From Dehalococcoidia bacterium (GTDB taxonomy: Bacteria; Chloroflexota; Dehalococcoidia; Lucifugimonadales; UBA3495): 64,000 nucleotides of DNA. Made by a program: the position numbers and the translations under genes. Positions 36,677-47,025 of this stretch are shown in pieces. Below the pieces are notes generated by a model that was not told the origin of the DNA, ran no database searches, and was given only the letters and a program-made list of their open reading frames with translations. Every line of letters starts with the position of its first letter. The first letter of the stretch is position 1. Location of the stretch: positions 528,526 to 592,525 of the forward strand of contig CBDCFD010000007.1 in assembly GCA_965216155.1 (NCBI GenBank), written 5' to 3'.

Positions 36677-37280
36677 ATGACGACCATCAACAACCAGGAC
36701 GATTTCCTCGAGGCGCTCAGGAACAACCCCCAGTGGAGGGACGCCGTCCGGGCCCAGATACTGGGCGAGGACCTGCTGAAGCTCCCGGTCAAGTTCGACG
36801 CGTTCGCCCGAGATCAGAACACGCGGGCCACCAACCTCGAGGAGCGCGTGGGCCGCATAGAGAGATACCGGCACCCTCAAGGGGGACTCCGCCAGGACTC
36901 GAGCCATCCAGGATGCCCAGGGGGGTAGCGTCCGACATGGGCCTGGAGTTCGTCCGGACCCTCAGCGCCACGGACCTGAGCGATATGGCCGAAAGCAGCC
37001 TGCCCCGGGACCCCCACCGCAGCTTCAGGAACACCGACCTGGTGATCGAAGCGACGGACGGCGCGGACACCCGTTACATAGCGATGGAGGTCTCCTTCAC
37101 GGCGGACCGGAGGGACTGCGACCGGGCCCTCCGGAACGCCGGGCTCATCACCCGGTTCACCGGCAAGCCGGCGCAGGCCGCCATAGCCAGCGTCAGGAAC
37201 GACAGGGAAGCAGCGGAGGCGGTGGAGTCCGGAGCGGTGTACTGGCCCCGCTGGAGGACCGGACGCGGAGTCCCAAGTGA
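36677..37280 (+). pseudogene. Coiled-coil plus PD-(D/E)xK-like protein, right copy, with at least 3 indels
   Basis: MTTINNQDDFLEALRNNPQWRDAVRAQILGEDLLKLPVKFDAF..., then frame changes near 36865, at the G6 run 36920-36925 and near 37240. DLVIEATDGADTRYIAMEVSFTADRRDCDRALRNAGLITRFTGKPAQAA is in another frame. Confidence 0.7.
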
Positions 37281-37354
37281 ACTGCGAAGGAGCCGCCCGC
37301 AACCCTCGCTAACCGAAAGAAAAACCTCATGCCAGAAATAGAACGGACACAACC

Positions 37355-38383
37355 ATGAAACAGACTTCGCTCCTCGCTGTTCTGATTCTGATCGGCTTGG
37401 TTTTCACAGCCTCGTTTCTCCTGGCAGTCGTCTGTGACGCATCCACCCCCAACCCCGAGGTCCATACGGCGGCAGTAACCAAAGCCCCTGCCACGCCAAC
37501 CCTGGAGCCCACCAACACGCCGAGCAAGCCGCCCTACGACGACCCATATGGGCTGCGTCTACTAGGGGGCGGAGACCATATAGGCGAGTTTGGAGGGTTC
37601 CTCAACAAAGGCAGCGAGAAACACGTCTATATCACCCGCGGAAACTTCGACCCCGCGCTTCACCAGGGCGCCAGAGACAGATTCGACGAGATTTACCGCC
37701 GAGACCCAAGCCAGAAAATAGTCATCCATGAGGCCAAATACACATGGGGCCAGCTTCAAGAGTGGAAACAAACGATAGGCAATGTAATGCACAAGCACGA
37801 CAGGACCGGCATCTACAGTTGGGGCATCAGCCACCGCTTCCGGCAGGTACACCTTAACGCCTCACCAATGCGAGGCAACCGTGAACGGATAGAAGCAATG
37901 CTGGCAACTACAGACGTTCCACGAGACACTGTCCGCGTCAACATAGGATGCGGCGACTATATCCCTCCCGATCATACAACGGAGAACATTCCTCCCGGCT
38001 TCAGCGACATCTTCGCCTACTCGGTCGAAGCGCCGGCCCAGGTCCAACACGGCAAGACCGTGGACCTGAAACTTATCATCCAAAACCTTACACCCACACC
38101 GGCACACATCTACGGAGGCACCAACAGCGTCGACTTCGCTATAACCAACAAGGCCGGCGAGAACCTATGGTACTGGCAATGCGGAAAGGTCAACCAGATG
38201 GACCTCCGCAGCCAAAACGTCTCGCCGTCCGAACCGCTGGAATTCACCGGGCACTGGGAACAGATCGACACCAAAGGGTATCCAGTCCCGCCCGGCGTCT
38301 ATCTGATCAAAGGAGTCCTCGATATGGAATACCCGGAGAAACTAGTAACAGCCCCAATCTCAATCGAGATACTGCCCCCATGA
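37355..38383 (+). CDS. Secreted or membrane-anchored protein with a C-terminal BsuPI-like Ig-fold domain
   Basis: N-terminal signal/TM (LLAVLILIGLVFTASFLLAVV), P/T-rich linker, and a C-terminal segment VDFAITNKAGENLWYWQCGK...PLEFTGHWEQ resembling the intracellular proteinase inhibitor fold. Confidence 0.5.
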   Translation: MKQTSLLAVLILIGLVFTASFLLAVVCDASTPNPEVHTAAVTKAPATPTLEPTNTPSKPPYDDPYGLRLLGGGDHIGEFGGFLNKGSEKHVYITRGNFDPALHQGARDRFDEIYRRDPSQKIVIHEAKYTWGQLQEWKQTIGNVMHKHDRTGIYSWGISHRFRQVHLNASPMRGNRERIEAMLATTDVPRDTVRVNIGCGDYIPPDHTTENIPPGFSDIFAYSVEAPAQVQHGKTVDLKLIIQNLTPTPAHIYGGTNSVDFAITNKAGENLWYWQCGKVNQMDLRSQNVSPSEPLEFTGHWEQIDTKGYPVPPGVYLIKGVLDMEYPEKLVTAPISIEILPP

Positions 38384-38450
38384 TCAAGGTCAGAGTCATA
38401 CTCAGCCTCTCCCTCGTCATCAACGGCGCTATTGTGTTCATCTTCGTCCC

Positions 38451-39740
38451 TGTAATCGGCAGAGTTAAATTGGACCACGTGGGCGGATAAATCGCTGACG
38501 ATTGGCGGTTGAATTCCGTACGGCCTTCCGCCATCCATAGGGTCATTTTCGACCCCATGGAAGGTGCCAAGGATGTACCAAGTGGAATCGTATCTGCGGG
38601 TCTGCCGGGCGGTGATGGTGGAAGGCATGAGCATCCGGGAGGCTTCCCGGGTGTTCGGGTTGCACCGGGACACGGTGCGCAAGATGCTGGCCTACTCGGT
38701 CCCTCCGGGCTACCGGAGACAGACCAAGCCCCGGCGCCCCAAGCCGGAGCCCTTCACCGGCGTCATCGACCGGATCCTTGAAGAGGACCTCAGGCTTCCC
38801 AGGAAGCAACGCCACACGGCCAAACGCATCTTCGAGAGGCTCAGGGACGAGTACGGATTCGATGGTGTATCCACCATCGTCAAGGATTACGTGCGGGAAA
38901 ATCGCCGCCAGACCAGGGAGATGTTCGTGCCGCTGTCCCATCCGCCGGGCCACGCCCAGTGCGACTTCGGCGAGGCCCTGGCGGTCATCGGCGGCGTGGA
39001 GCAGAAGGCCCACTGCTTCGTCCTGGACCTGCCCCACAGCGAGGGCTACTTCGTCAATGCCTATCCGGGGGAGACCACCGAGGCCTTCCTGGGCGGAGTG
39101 CCCCGGAGCATCCTCTGCGACAATACCAGGCTGGCGGTGGCGAAGATACTGGAGGGCGGGCGCCGCCAGCGCACCCGCGGCTTCACCGAGCTTCAGTCCC
39201 ACTACCTGTTCAAGGAACGGTTCGGGCGTCCCGGCAAGGGCAATGACAAGGGTAAAGTGGAGGGCTTGGTGGGATACGTGCGGCGCAACTCCCTGGTGCC
39301 CATTCCGTCCTTCGAGAGCTTCGATGCCCTGAATGCCTGCCTGGAGCGGCTCTGCCTGGACCGGATGGATGCCAGGCTCAGGGGCCACACTGAGACCATC
39401 GGCCAGCGGATGGAGCGGGACCTGGAGGCCCTCCTGCCGTTGCCGGACACGCCCTACGACGCCTGCGACCAGCAGACCGGTCGGATCGTTCACTGTCCCC
39501 GGTGCGCTACCGCACCAACGACTACCCGGCGCCGGTGGCCTACGGACACCGGGAGGTGGTGGTGTGGGGCTACGTGGACCAGGTGGTCATCAGCTGCGGC
39601 GCCGAGGTCATCCCCCGACACCCTCGCTCTTACTAGAAGGACGATTTTGTCTTCGACCCCATCCACTACCTAGCGCTGTTGGAGCAGAAGACGGCGGCCC
39701 TGGACCAGGCCGCTCCGTTGCAAGGGTGGGAACTGCATGA
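38451..39740 (+). mobile_element. istA: IS21 type A, fragment 2 (left terminal repeat plus 5' two-thirds of istA). It has an internal 30-nt deletion, a frameshift and a stop, and is truncated near 39740.
   Basis: TGTAATCGGCAGAGTTAAATTGGACC matches the reverse complement of 62041-62067. The IstA sequence is collinear with 60447-61958, except that AFLDGHVSAFAFLGGVP is reduced to AFLGGVP and the frame changes near 39485. Confidence 0.85.
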
Positions 39741-40003
39741 GGAGAGCCAAGGAGAGGGTAGGGGGCCATGCGAAACCCCTCTCGGATTATCTGTTAAACG
39801 ATTTCGGTAGATGTGGAACGGGCAGCAGGGTCCATTGGCTGGTTCTGCCACTTTCGCCTGGCCCGCAGCTATACTGTCATACGCCTAGACCCGTTAATCT
39901 GACCAGAAAAGGCAGTAGTGTAGACTCAGGCGCAACTTCGGCAACTCCTGGATGGCATTGCTTTTTCGGGGTCAGACTCACACGGAGGAATGAGAAATCA
40001 TCC

Positions 40004-40699
40004 TTGGCGCTTCAACCGGATGCCCTTCGCCGAACAGCTCTTATTCTGGTGTTGGCCGGTCTGCTATGGAACCTGGTAGAGGCAGGAGTTTCGTTTTGGG
40101 CAGGCGCTCAGGCTGGGAGTGTGGCCCTACTGGCTTTCGGATTGGACAGCATCGTCGAGCTTCTCGCTGGCGGGGTCCTGGTGTGGCGATTGACTGGAGA
40201 GCGGGAGGGAGTGGAGGAAGAGTCCGCCGAGAGGAGGGCACGAAAACTGCTGGGGCTCAGCTTCTTCTTGCTCGCCGCATACATTGCCATTCATTCCGGG
40301 GCTAACCTGCTGGGTTGGTTGCCTGAGCCGCAGCCGAGCCTTGTAGGTGTTGTGATCGTGGTTGCGAGCGCTGTTGTGATGAGCGCCCTCTACGTGGGCA
40401 AGATGCGCATCGCCACCCGGATGCAGTCCCGGTCGTTGAGGGCGGAGGCCATCGAAAGCCTGTTCTGCGACCTTCAAGACCTGACCATCCTGGTAGGCCT
40501 GGGGCTCAACGCGTTACTTTCCTGGTGGTGGGCCGACCCGGTGTCAGCCCTGGTCTTGGTCCCCTTTCTGATCAAGGAGGGCAGGGAGAACTTCTCAGAT
40601 GATGAGGAAGAACATGAAGACCATGAACGCCAAGTCTGCTTTTGCCACAATTGTTTCTACGGCCTGAGGACCTGTCGGGCGACATGCTGCGAAGCGTAG
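40004..40699 (+). CDS. Cation-efflux-like membrane protein with a Cys-rich C-terminal tail
   Basis: Six predicted TM segments, with FGLDSIVELLAG and RAEAIESLFCDLQD acidic motifs. The tail is CFCHNCFYGLRTCRATCCEA. The start is uncertain (in-frame TTG at 40004; there is no in-frame ATG). Confidence 0.55.
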   Translation: MALQPDALRRTALILVLAGLLWNLVEAGVSFWAGAQAGSVALLAFGLDSIVELLAGGVLVWRLTGEREGVEEESAERRARKLLGLSFFLLAAYIAIHSGANLLGWLPEPQPSLVGVVIVVASAVVMSALYVGKMRIATRMQSRSLRAEAIESLFCDLQDLTILVGLGLNALLSWWWADPVSALVLVPFLIKEGRENFSDDEEEHEDHERQVCFCHNCFYGLRTCRATCCEA

Positions 40700-40709
40700 A
40701 CATGTATAT

Positions 40710-40937
40710 ATGAGGTACTTAACCCGGGATCCGGGCACCCCCGCCGCGGAACGGATGGCCCCCGACCTGCTCATAGCCTTCGATGCCGGCCCGGAGGCAT
40801 ACAATGACAACAACGCCTACATAATCTCCGTGCAGGGGAAGCCGCCCGACTTCGTCATGGAGATGGCATCCCGGAGCACCGGCAGGCAGGACGTCGAGGA
40901 AAAGAGGACAGCCTATGCCGCCCTGGCTATCCCCTAA
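40710..40937 (+). pseudogene. Uma2-family endonuclease fragment, terminated at a MITE insertion
   Basis: APDLLIAFDAGPEAYNDNNAYIISVQGKPPDFVMEMASRSTGRQDVEEKRTAYAALAIP* stops where the paralogue at 587-1279 continues with GEYWRFD. Confidence 0.7.
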
Positions 40938-41085
40938 ACTAATACCAAGGTGAAATACGCATATGGAGGAAGTCATCGGCGGCGACGGACCACCCTCCAG
41001 GTACAGGTGAAGAGCTTCACCTGTGGCGGCTGAGCCAATCTTCATCGCCCCGCAAATGTAGCTTCCACCTTGGCTTTGGTTTAGC
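40934..41085. mobile_element. 152-bp MITE, copy B
   Basis: CTAAACTAATACCAAGGTG...CCTTGGCTTTGGTTTAG. Same length and ends as 32506-32657. Confidence 0.75.
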
Positions 41086-41431
41086 ATTCTACCCCTACAC
41101 CAACACACGTCGGGAATACCAATTCCGGCTTGCTATTGACAATAAGACAGCGAGGTTATCTCCGTTGACCAACTAACCCAAGTGGTGCACTCTGGCGCCG
41201 CCCCGGTCGTCTAACATGTCTCCGCCATTGACACGTGCCTGAGGTGCGGCGAGCGGCATCCAGTTAGAGCAGGCGCCCGGGTACTCCCCGGAGCCTTACA
41301 CGGATGAGGGGGGCTTGTGCTACCCGAAACAGAAGGAGTCGACGAACTTGAACCGCGCTGACCGGGGCAGTTGCCCGAGAAAGGAGTATGGGTGACGCAA
41401 ATCCAGGAAAGGAATCGGGCTTTCCCCGGTC

Positions 41432-42736
41432 CTAACCGGCTTGGTCGGGCCGCCGGTCACTCCCGACGCGCGTCGTAGCGGCGGCTACGCCGGCCGTGTC
41501 GTAGTACGCTTCTACCGGCCGCCACACTAACGGCGTCAACAAGACCACCGGCAGCATCAAAAGCAGGCCCACGCCGGCGTTAATGCCTATGGCCAATGAG
41601 ATGCTGAATGCCCGGGCTATGACCCCGATTTCCACCCCTCCGATCAAGTGGCCCAGGCCGTTGACCAACCCCTGGGACCCCATTATCCGCCCTCGCATTT
41701 CGGCCGGTGACGAAAGCAGCAGGATGGTGCTCTGCATGGTGCTGAATCCTGACTGACCAACACCGGCGCTGAAGAGCAACAAGAAGGAAATCAGGAACCA
41801 GGGCGACCAGGCCACCGCGGCCACTCCCACGGCCACAATCATGGCGCCTATCACGAAGTACCGCCCGTGAAACGTGTAGTTCCGGCGCGTGGCAATGATT
41901 ATCGCCCCCATGAGCGTACCAACACCTTCCGCCGAGCCTATCACGCCCCCCAGCGCGGGCCCCACTTTCAATACGTCGGTGGCGATGACCGGTATGAAGT
42001 ATTGCAGTGGCAGCACCATGCCGTTCATCACTAACGATATGGAAAGCACCCCCAGCACAAACTTATTTGAGAAAGAATGGCCGATGCCTGACTTGATTCC
42101 CTGCGAGAACACCCTGTCCCTGCCCACCACCGACGCCGCTTTCGGCAGCCGCATCTTGAACATCAGGCAGGCCGCGATCAGGTCCAGGGTCACCAGGACC
42201 ACAAAAGCCCCGGTGTACCCATAGAAGGCAATCAACAGCCCGCCAGCTAATGGGCCCATGATCTTGCCTCCGTTGTTGGTGATGGTCTCCAGGGACATAG
42301 CATGGGCGATTCGGGCTTCCCCGGCCAGGTCGAAAAGCGCCGCCCGCCGGGTGGGGTCATCCAGGACCTTGGCCGTGCCCTGCAATAGTATGGCAAGGAA
42401 AACATACCAGGGATGAATGAGTCCCAGAATCAAGAGAGTCAGCAGTCCCAATGCGACAAGCAAATAGAAGGTGTGGATACAGGTCAGAATGCGCCACCGG
42501 TCCAGCCGGTCGGCCAGCATTCCCGCCACCAACGACAAAGGCGGGCGCGGGCCATTCAGGAAAACGGAAATTAGTCCGACTTGAAAGGCCGAGTCGGTCA
42601 GCTCGTAAATGAGGTATCCCAGCACCAGGAGTTCCATGCGGCGCGAGATTTCGTGGACCCACCGAGCCGCCCACATCAGGCGGAAGTCGGGGTTTTGCAG
42701 GATCACCAGGACAGGAATGTTGGAAAGTGGAGGCAA
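41432..42736 (-). CDS. MFS transporter
   Basis: 434 aa with about 12 hydrophobic segments. LADRLDRWRIL is an MFS loop 2-3 motif. Confidence 0.85.
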   Translation of the reverse strand: MPPLSNIPVLVILQNPDFRLMWAARWVHEISRRMELLVLGYLIYELTDSAFQVGLISVFLNGPRPPLSLVAGMLADRLDRWRILTCIHTFYLLVALGLLTLLILGLIHPWYVFLAILLQGTAKVLDDPTRRAALFDLAGEARIAHAMSLETITNNGGKIMGPLAGGLLIAFYGYTGAFVVLVTLDLIAACLMFKMRLPKAASVVGRDRVFSQGIKSGIGHSFSNKFVLGVLSISLVMNGMVLPLQYFIPVIATDVLKVGPALGGVIGSAEGVGTLMGAIIIATRRNYTFHGRYFVIGAMIVAVGVAAVAWSPWFLISFLLLFSAGVGQSGFSTMQSTILLLSSPAEMRGRIMGSQGLVNGLGHLIGGVEIGVIARAFSISLAIGINAGVGLLLMLPVVLLTPLVWRPVEAYYDTAGVAAATTRVGSDRRPDQAG

Positions 42737-43044
42737 AGGGTTTTCCCTCGTTGAATACCGTCCAACGCCACCAACTACGGGTACTATTCCCGCCGTGCCT
42801 GCCGTGCCGGGGCGCCCACTTCAGCAGCCTGGTTCAGGTCGCCAACATACGCCGCAAGGCTGCGGGAAGTCAACAGAGGAAGCGGCCAACCCGGAGACCA
42901 CCGGGGGCACATTGGGGGCTTAAGCCCCCAATCGCAGTTTGGCGGGCATCAGCGGCGCAATTTGCGCCAGGTGGAGGTTTGGCGGGATAATTGGCCCATC
43001 CTTAAAAGGGTCAACCAGGAGGTGTTGCTTTGTCCAAGATAAAC

Positions 43045-43505
43045 ATGATCCACCACATCAACATCCAGATTACCGACCGGGAACGGACCTAGGAGTGGTA
43101 CGAGCGCGTGCTGGGAGCCGAGTTTCTCGACCGTGGACCGGCTTTGAACCGCCGTCAACTCCAGTTGCGGTTGGGGACAGGAGAAATCCACACCTCCGAC
43201 ACCAACGACCCCATCAAGGCGCCGCGGGTCCACTTCGCCATCGAAGTTGAGGACTTCGACGCCATGCTAGCCCACCTGGACACCCAGGGAGTTCCCTACA
43301 CCAGGACGGGTGGCGGCGCTTTCACCGGTACGGGCGGCGAGGGCCCCCGCCAGGGAACAAGGGAAGAACCGGGGAGCGTTACACTTACATCAGTGATCCC
43401 GACGACAACCTCATCGAGTTGGTGTACCACCCCAAGGGCCTGGAAAGCTCTTCGGGAGAGGCCATAGAGCTGACCCGCGACGCCAATAACGTCCGCTGGA
43501 CTTAG
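43045..43505 (+). pseudogene. VOC (glyoxalase/bleomycin-resistance/dioxygenase) family gene with an in-frame TAG (43090-43092) and a 3' frameshift
   Basis: MIHHINIQITDRERT*EWYERVLGAEF...VHFAIEVEDFDAMLAHLD... The C-terminal GERYTYISDPDDNLIELVYHP is in another frame. Confidence 0.7.
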
Positions 43506-43675
43506 ATCGAGGGGTTCGTTGAAGCCGCCTACGCCGATGAGCAGGTGTCCTTTGGTTAGCACTGGCGAATAATCTGGCTCAGGTAATTCGAAAGCCCGGC
43601 AGGTAGCCGATTCCTTGGACTGATCGGCAAGCTTTACGCCAGCAACTCAGAAATACCGCCTAAGGAGTACGCGTC

Positions 43676-44773
43676 ATGGCAAACAAGATACGCCTGGGGT
43701 TCGTGGGTGCGAACGTAAACGCGACCTGGGCCGCTCAGTCGCACTACCCGGCGATACTGGCCAGTCCGGACGTCGAGTTCACCGCAGTTTGCACCACCCG
43801 GCCCGAGAGCGCGGAAGAGGCTCGGCAAGCCTTTGGAGCGAAGCTCGCCTTCCATGATTTCCGGGCAATGGCAGTGTCGCCGGAGATCGACGCGGTGGCT
43901 GTGGTTGTGCGGGTTCCATCGCACTATGAGCCAACGAAGGCCGCCATCGAAGCTGGCAAGCACGTCTTCACCGAGTGGCCTTTGGGACAGAATACCGCCG
44001 AAGCCGAGGAACTCGCAACTCTGGCCCGGGACAAGGGTGTGCAAACCGCAGTAGGTCTGCAATCGCGAGTTAGTCCCGCGTTGCTGTATGTCAAGGAACA
44101 AATCGAGGCCGGCTATGTGGGCGAGGTGCTCTCGTGTCACGTGACCACCATGCGCGATGGCGCGTTGGAACGCCCTTCCAGCGGCACCTGGCAGCGCGAT
44201 GCCAGCCTGGGCGCAAACACCCTGACCATCGCCAACGGACACGTCATTGACGCCCTTCGCTTCGTGGCTGGCAACTTCACCCGGGTGGCGTGCATGGTCA
44301 GCACCCAAGCAAAGCAATGGTATGAGACCGATACCCAGCAGTTTGTGGAGGTCACATCCCCGGACAACGTGCGAGTCAGCGGACAGTTGGAGAGCGGCGC
44401 GGCAGCGTCGGTCCATGTCGGAGCTGTCCCGTGGGCCGGGAGCGGCTTTCGAATGGAGATCTACGGGCGGGAAGGCACGCTGGTCACCACCGGGAGCGTC
44501 TCGTCGCAGCGCGGTGAGATGCTGCGGGTGCGCGGCGCGCGGAGAAGCCGTGAGTTGCAGGACCTGGATATACCTGAGCGTTTCGTTTATGTGCCGTCCG
44601 ACTTCCCCCGCGGCGATCCCTTCAACGTCGGGCAGTTGTATACCCTGTTCGCCGAGGCGGTACGGACCGGACAGAACCGCCTGCCGACGTTCGATGTAGC
44701 AGTTGACCTGCATCGTTTCATCGATACCATCAATCAGGCGTCGGACAAGGGCCGGGAGTTGCCGGTTGCCTGA
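43676..44773 (+). CDS. Gfo/Idh/MocA-family oxidoreductase
   Basis: IRLGFVGANVNATWAAQSHYPAI (Rossmann N-terminus) and KHVFTEWPLG. Confidence 0.85.
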   Translation: MANKIRLGFVGANVNATWAAQSHYPAILASPDVEFTAVCTTRPESAEEARQAFGAKLAFHDFRAMAVSPEIDAVAVVVRVPSHYEPTKAAIEAGKHVFTEWPLGQNTAEAEELATLARDKGVQTAVGLQSRVSPALLYVKEQIEAGYVGEVLSCHVTTMRDGALERPSSGTWQRDASLGANTLTIANGHVIDALRFVAGNFTRVACMVSTQAKQWYETDTQQFVEVTSPDNVRVSGQLESGAAASVHVGAVPWAGSGFRMEIYGREGTLVTTGSVSSQRGEMLRVRGARRSRELQDLDIPERFVYVPSDFPRGDPFNVGQLYTLFAEAVRTGQNRLPTFDVAVDLHRFIDTINQASDKGRELPVA

Positions 44774-44832
44774 GGCGGACCGGTGAACTGGACTAGAAGC
44801 TGATCTGACAGCCCAAAAAGGAGACGCAACTG

Positions 44833-46035
44833 GTGGTCATTCTCGAGAAACCTCTAAACGTAGGCGTAATTGGCGCCGGCATCCTGGGCGCCGCAATCAG
44901 CTGGCGTCTGGCCCAGCGCGGCGTCCAAGTGATCGTCATCGACAAGGGCCAGCCTGGGCACGGCGCGTCGAGCCACAGCTTCGCCTGGATCAACGCCGGG
45001 GCGAAAGAACCCATCGGCTATCATGACCTGAACCGCCGTTCCTTGGAGATGTGGCCCCGTTTTGCTGCCGACATCGGAGAGCATAGAGATCCGGACAGCG
45101 TCGGCCTCCGCTGGGGCGGCAAGGTTTCCTGGGTATCCGACCCGGTGGCCGCCGAAGGGTTTGTGGCCCGGGTGCGGTAGCTCCAATCCTGGGGGTACCC
45201 GACCCGTCTGATCGACGCCGACGAGCTGAAGCGTCTGGAACCGGCGCTGGACGTTGGCCCGGTGGCCGCTGCAGAGTACAGTCCCAACGAAGGCCAGGTG
45301 GAGCCGCAAATGGTGGTTGATGCCTGCCTGCGGCGCCTTCAGGAAATGGGTCGTGAGATTTATGCCGGCACGGAAGTTCATGGATTTGAGCAGTATGATG
45401 ATGGCCGGATATATAGCCTGGCAACCTCCTCGGGCCCCCGGGATGTGGATGCAGTGGTCATCGCCGCGGGCACCGGGACCACTCGCTTGGCGGCCCTGGC
45501 CGGCGTCAACGTGCCTCAGGCGGAAAGTCCCGGCGTCGTGATACGCACGAACCCGCTGCCGCGCTTGCTCTACAACGTGCCGGTGGTGTACGTGCCGCCC
45601 CTGGGCGATGGCCGCCGGGAGATTCATTTGCGCCAGTGCGCCGACGGTCGCCTGATGATCGGCGAAGGTGACCAGGAGAGTCTGGCCGAAGACGACACCC
45701 AGGCCCATGCCGACGACCTGATAGCCCGGGCCCGCCACTATCTGCCGGGACTCACCGGTGCACAGGCCGTTCCGGTCCCGGTGGGCTGGCGTCCCATGCC
45801 ATTGGACGGCTATCCGGTGATGGGGTTTGCGTCCGAGGCGCCCAACCTGTACGTGGCCCTTACCCACAGCGGCGTTACCCTGGCTCCGGCGTTGAGCCAG
45901 TTGGCCGCCCAGGAAATCTGCGACGGGATGTCGGCAGACGCGGTGCTGGGGCCCTATCGCCCGCAACGGTTTGCCGGTCTGACGCCCGAGGAAGTGGCGG
46001 CGGCCACCCACCCCCGCGCGGATAAAATCCGCTAA
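44833..46035 (+). pseudogene. FAD-dependent (DAO-family) oxidoreductase with one in-frame TAG (45178-45180)
   Basis: VGVIGAGILGAAISWRLAQRGVQVIVID (GxGxxG). ORFs 44833-45180 and 45262-46035 are in the same frame, and the sequence between them reads through as LQSWGYPTRLIDADELKRLEPAL. Confidence 0.75.
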
Positions 46036-46238
46036 CCTACAAAGCACCCGACCCCCACCACATTAGATGATCCCAACGTGGTGATCCTGGACTGCAACAA
46101 CAGCGATGCCTGGCAGCTAGGCGACATCCCCGGCGCGAGATGGTTATTAAGAAACTATCTCAAATTGGGGTTTCAGATAGTAGTTAACGGGTGAAGGTCG
46201 TCGCTAGGATTGTTCCCAAAGGCGGGTGGAGGTGAATC

Positions 46239-46690
46239 GTGGTGGAGTGGAAACCGTTACCTACTATATGGGATGTTCCGGACGACCTTTGGGAGCGAAT
46301 CGGACCGGTGATACTGGAGTTGGACCCGCCCAAATCGAAGGGGCGCAAACGGGTGGACCAGCGGAAGATGCTGGAAGGGATTATCTTTCGGCTGCGAAGC
46401 GGCTGCCAGTGGAACCACTTACCCAAGGAGTTGGGAGACGATAGCACCATCCTTGGACCTTCCAACGCTGGGTAGGGTGTGGGGTGTTGGAGGGCATCTG
46501 GGCGGTCCTGATAGAAGAATGCCAGGAGTTGAGCGGCGTGAACTGGGAATGGCAGTCGACGGATTGCTCTATAGGCAAAGCGCGTTTTGGGGGGCGCCAT
46601 TGGACGAAATCCCACCGACCGGGGCAAAGCCGGGAGCAAGAAGAGCATCCTGGTCGACGCAGCAGGCGCCCCTCATGATAGCGCCGGGTA
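46239..46690 (+). mobile_element. IS5-family transposase gene fragment (5' part, frameshifted, truncated)
   Basis: PDDLWERIGPVILELDPPKSKGRKRVDQRKMLEGIIFRLRSGCQWNHLPKELG (DUF4096-type N-terminus). Then GVLEGIWAVLIEECQELSGVNWEWQSTD and NPTDRGKAGSKKSILVDAAG in other frames. Confidence 0.75.
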
Positions 46691-46969
46691 TGGGATGGGC
46701 CCCCGGCCTACGCACGTGTACCCTGTTTTCGCCATAGGTCGCCATCCAGACATTGATCAGGCGGGGATTGATCTTCAGGCAGTCTCCCAATCGACTTGGA
46801 GACGCTCCGGAACGCCGAGGCGAAAGTTGTGCGAGAGAACATCAGCCTCGGCGATGAGCTTATGGACGACCTCTTTTCCCTCGGGGGTCTGAAGGTCAAC
46901 CTGGATGCCTTCCTTGCCAGCGTAGGGATGCGCCTCGGAGTCACAGCACCCCGCCGGCGTCTCTGACAC
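46680..46969 (-). pseudogene. Family III CoA-transferase (CaiB/BaiF-like) internal fragment
   Basis: GKEGIQVDLQTPEGKEVVHKLIAEADVLSHNFRLGVPERLQVDWE, then (shifted) LKINPRLI. It lacks both ends. Confidence 0.55.
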
Positions 46970-47025
46970 ACCACATCGTGGGAAAGTGCCCGGGAACGCG
47001 CACAGATGTGGAAGCGCGCAGGCGC

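Noticed and set aside
44854-46047. Long antisense ORFs opposite well-supported genes. Examples: 44854-46047(-), 43634-44713(-), 17056-17754(-), 24478-25392(+), 38543-39493(-), 26160-27047(-), 35654-36553(-), 33819-35015(+), 54196-54741(+).
   Set aside because: They overlap genes with clear family motifs on the other strand. Their translations are R/P/G/A-rich with no recognisable motifs, as expected for spurious ORFs in high-GC DNA.
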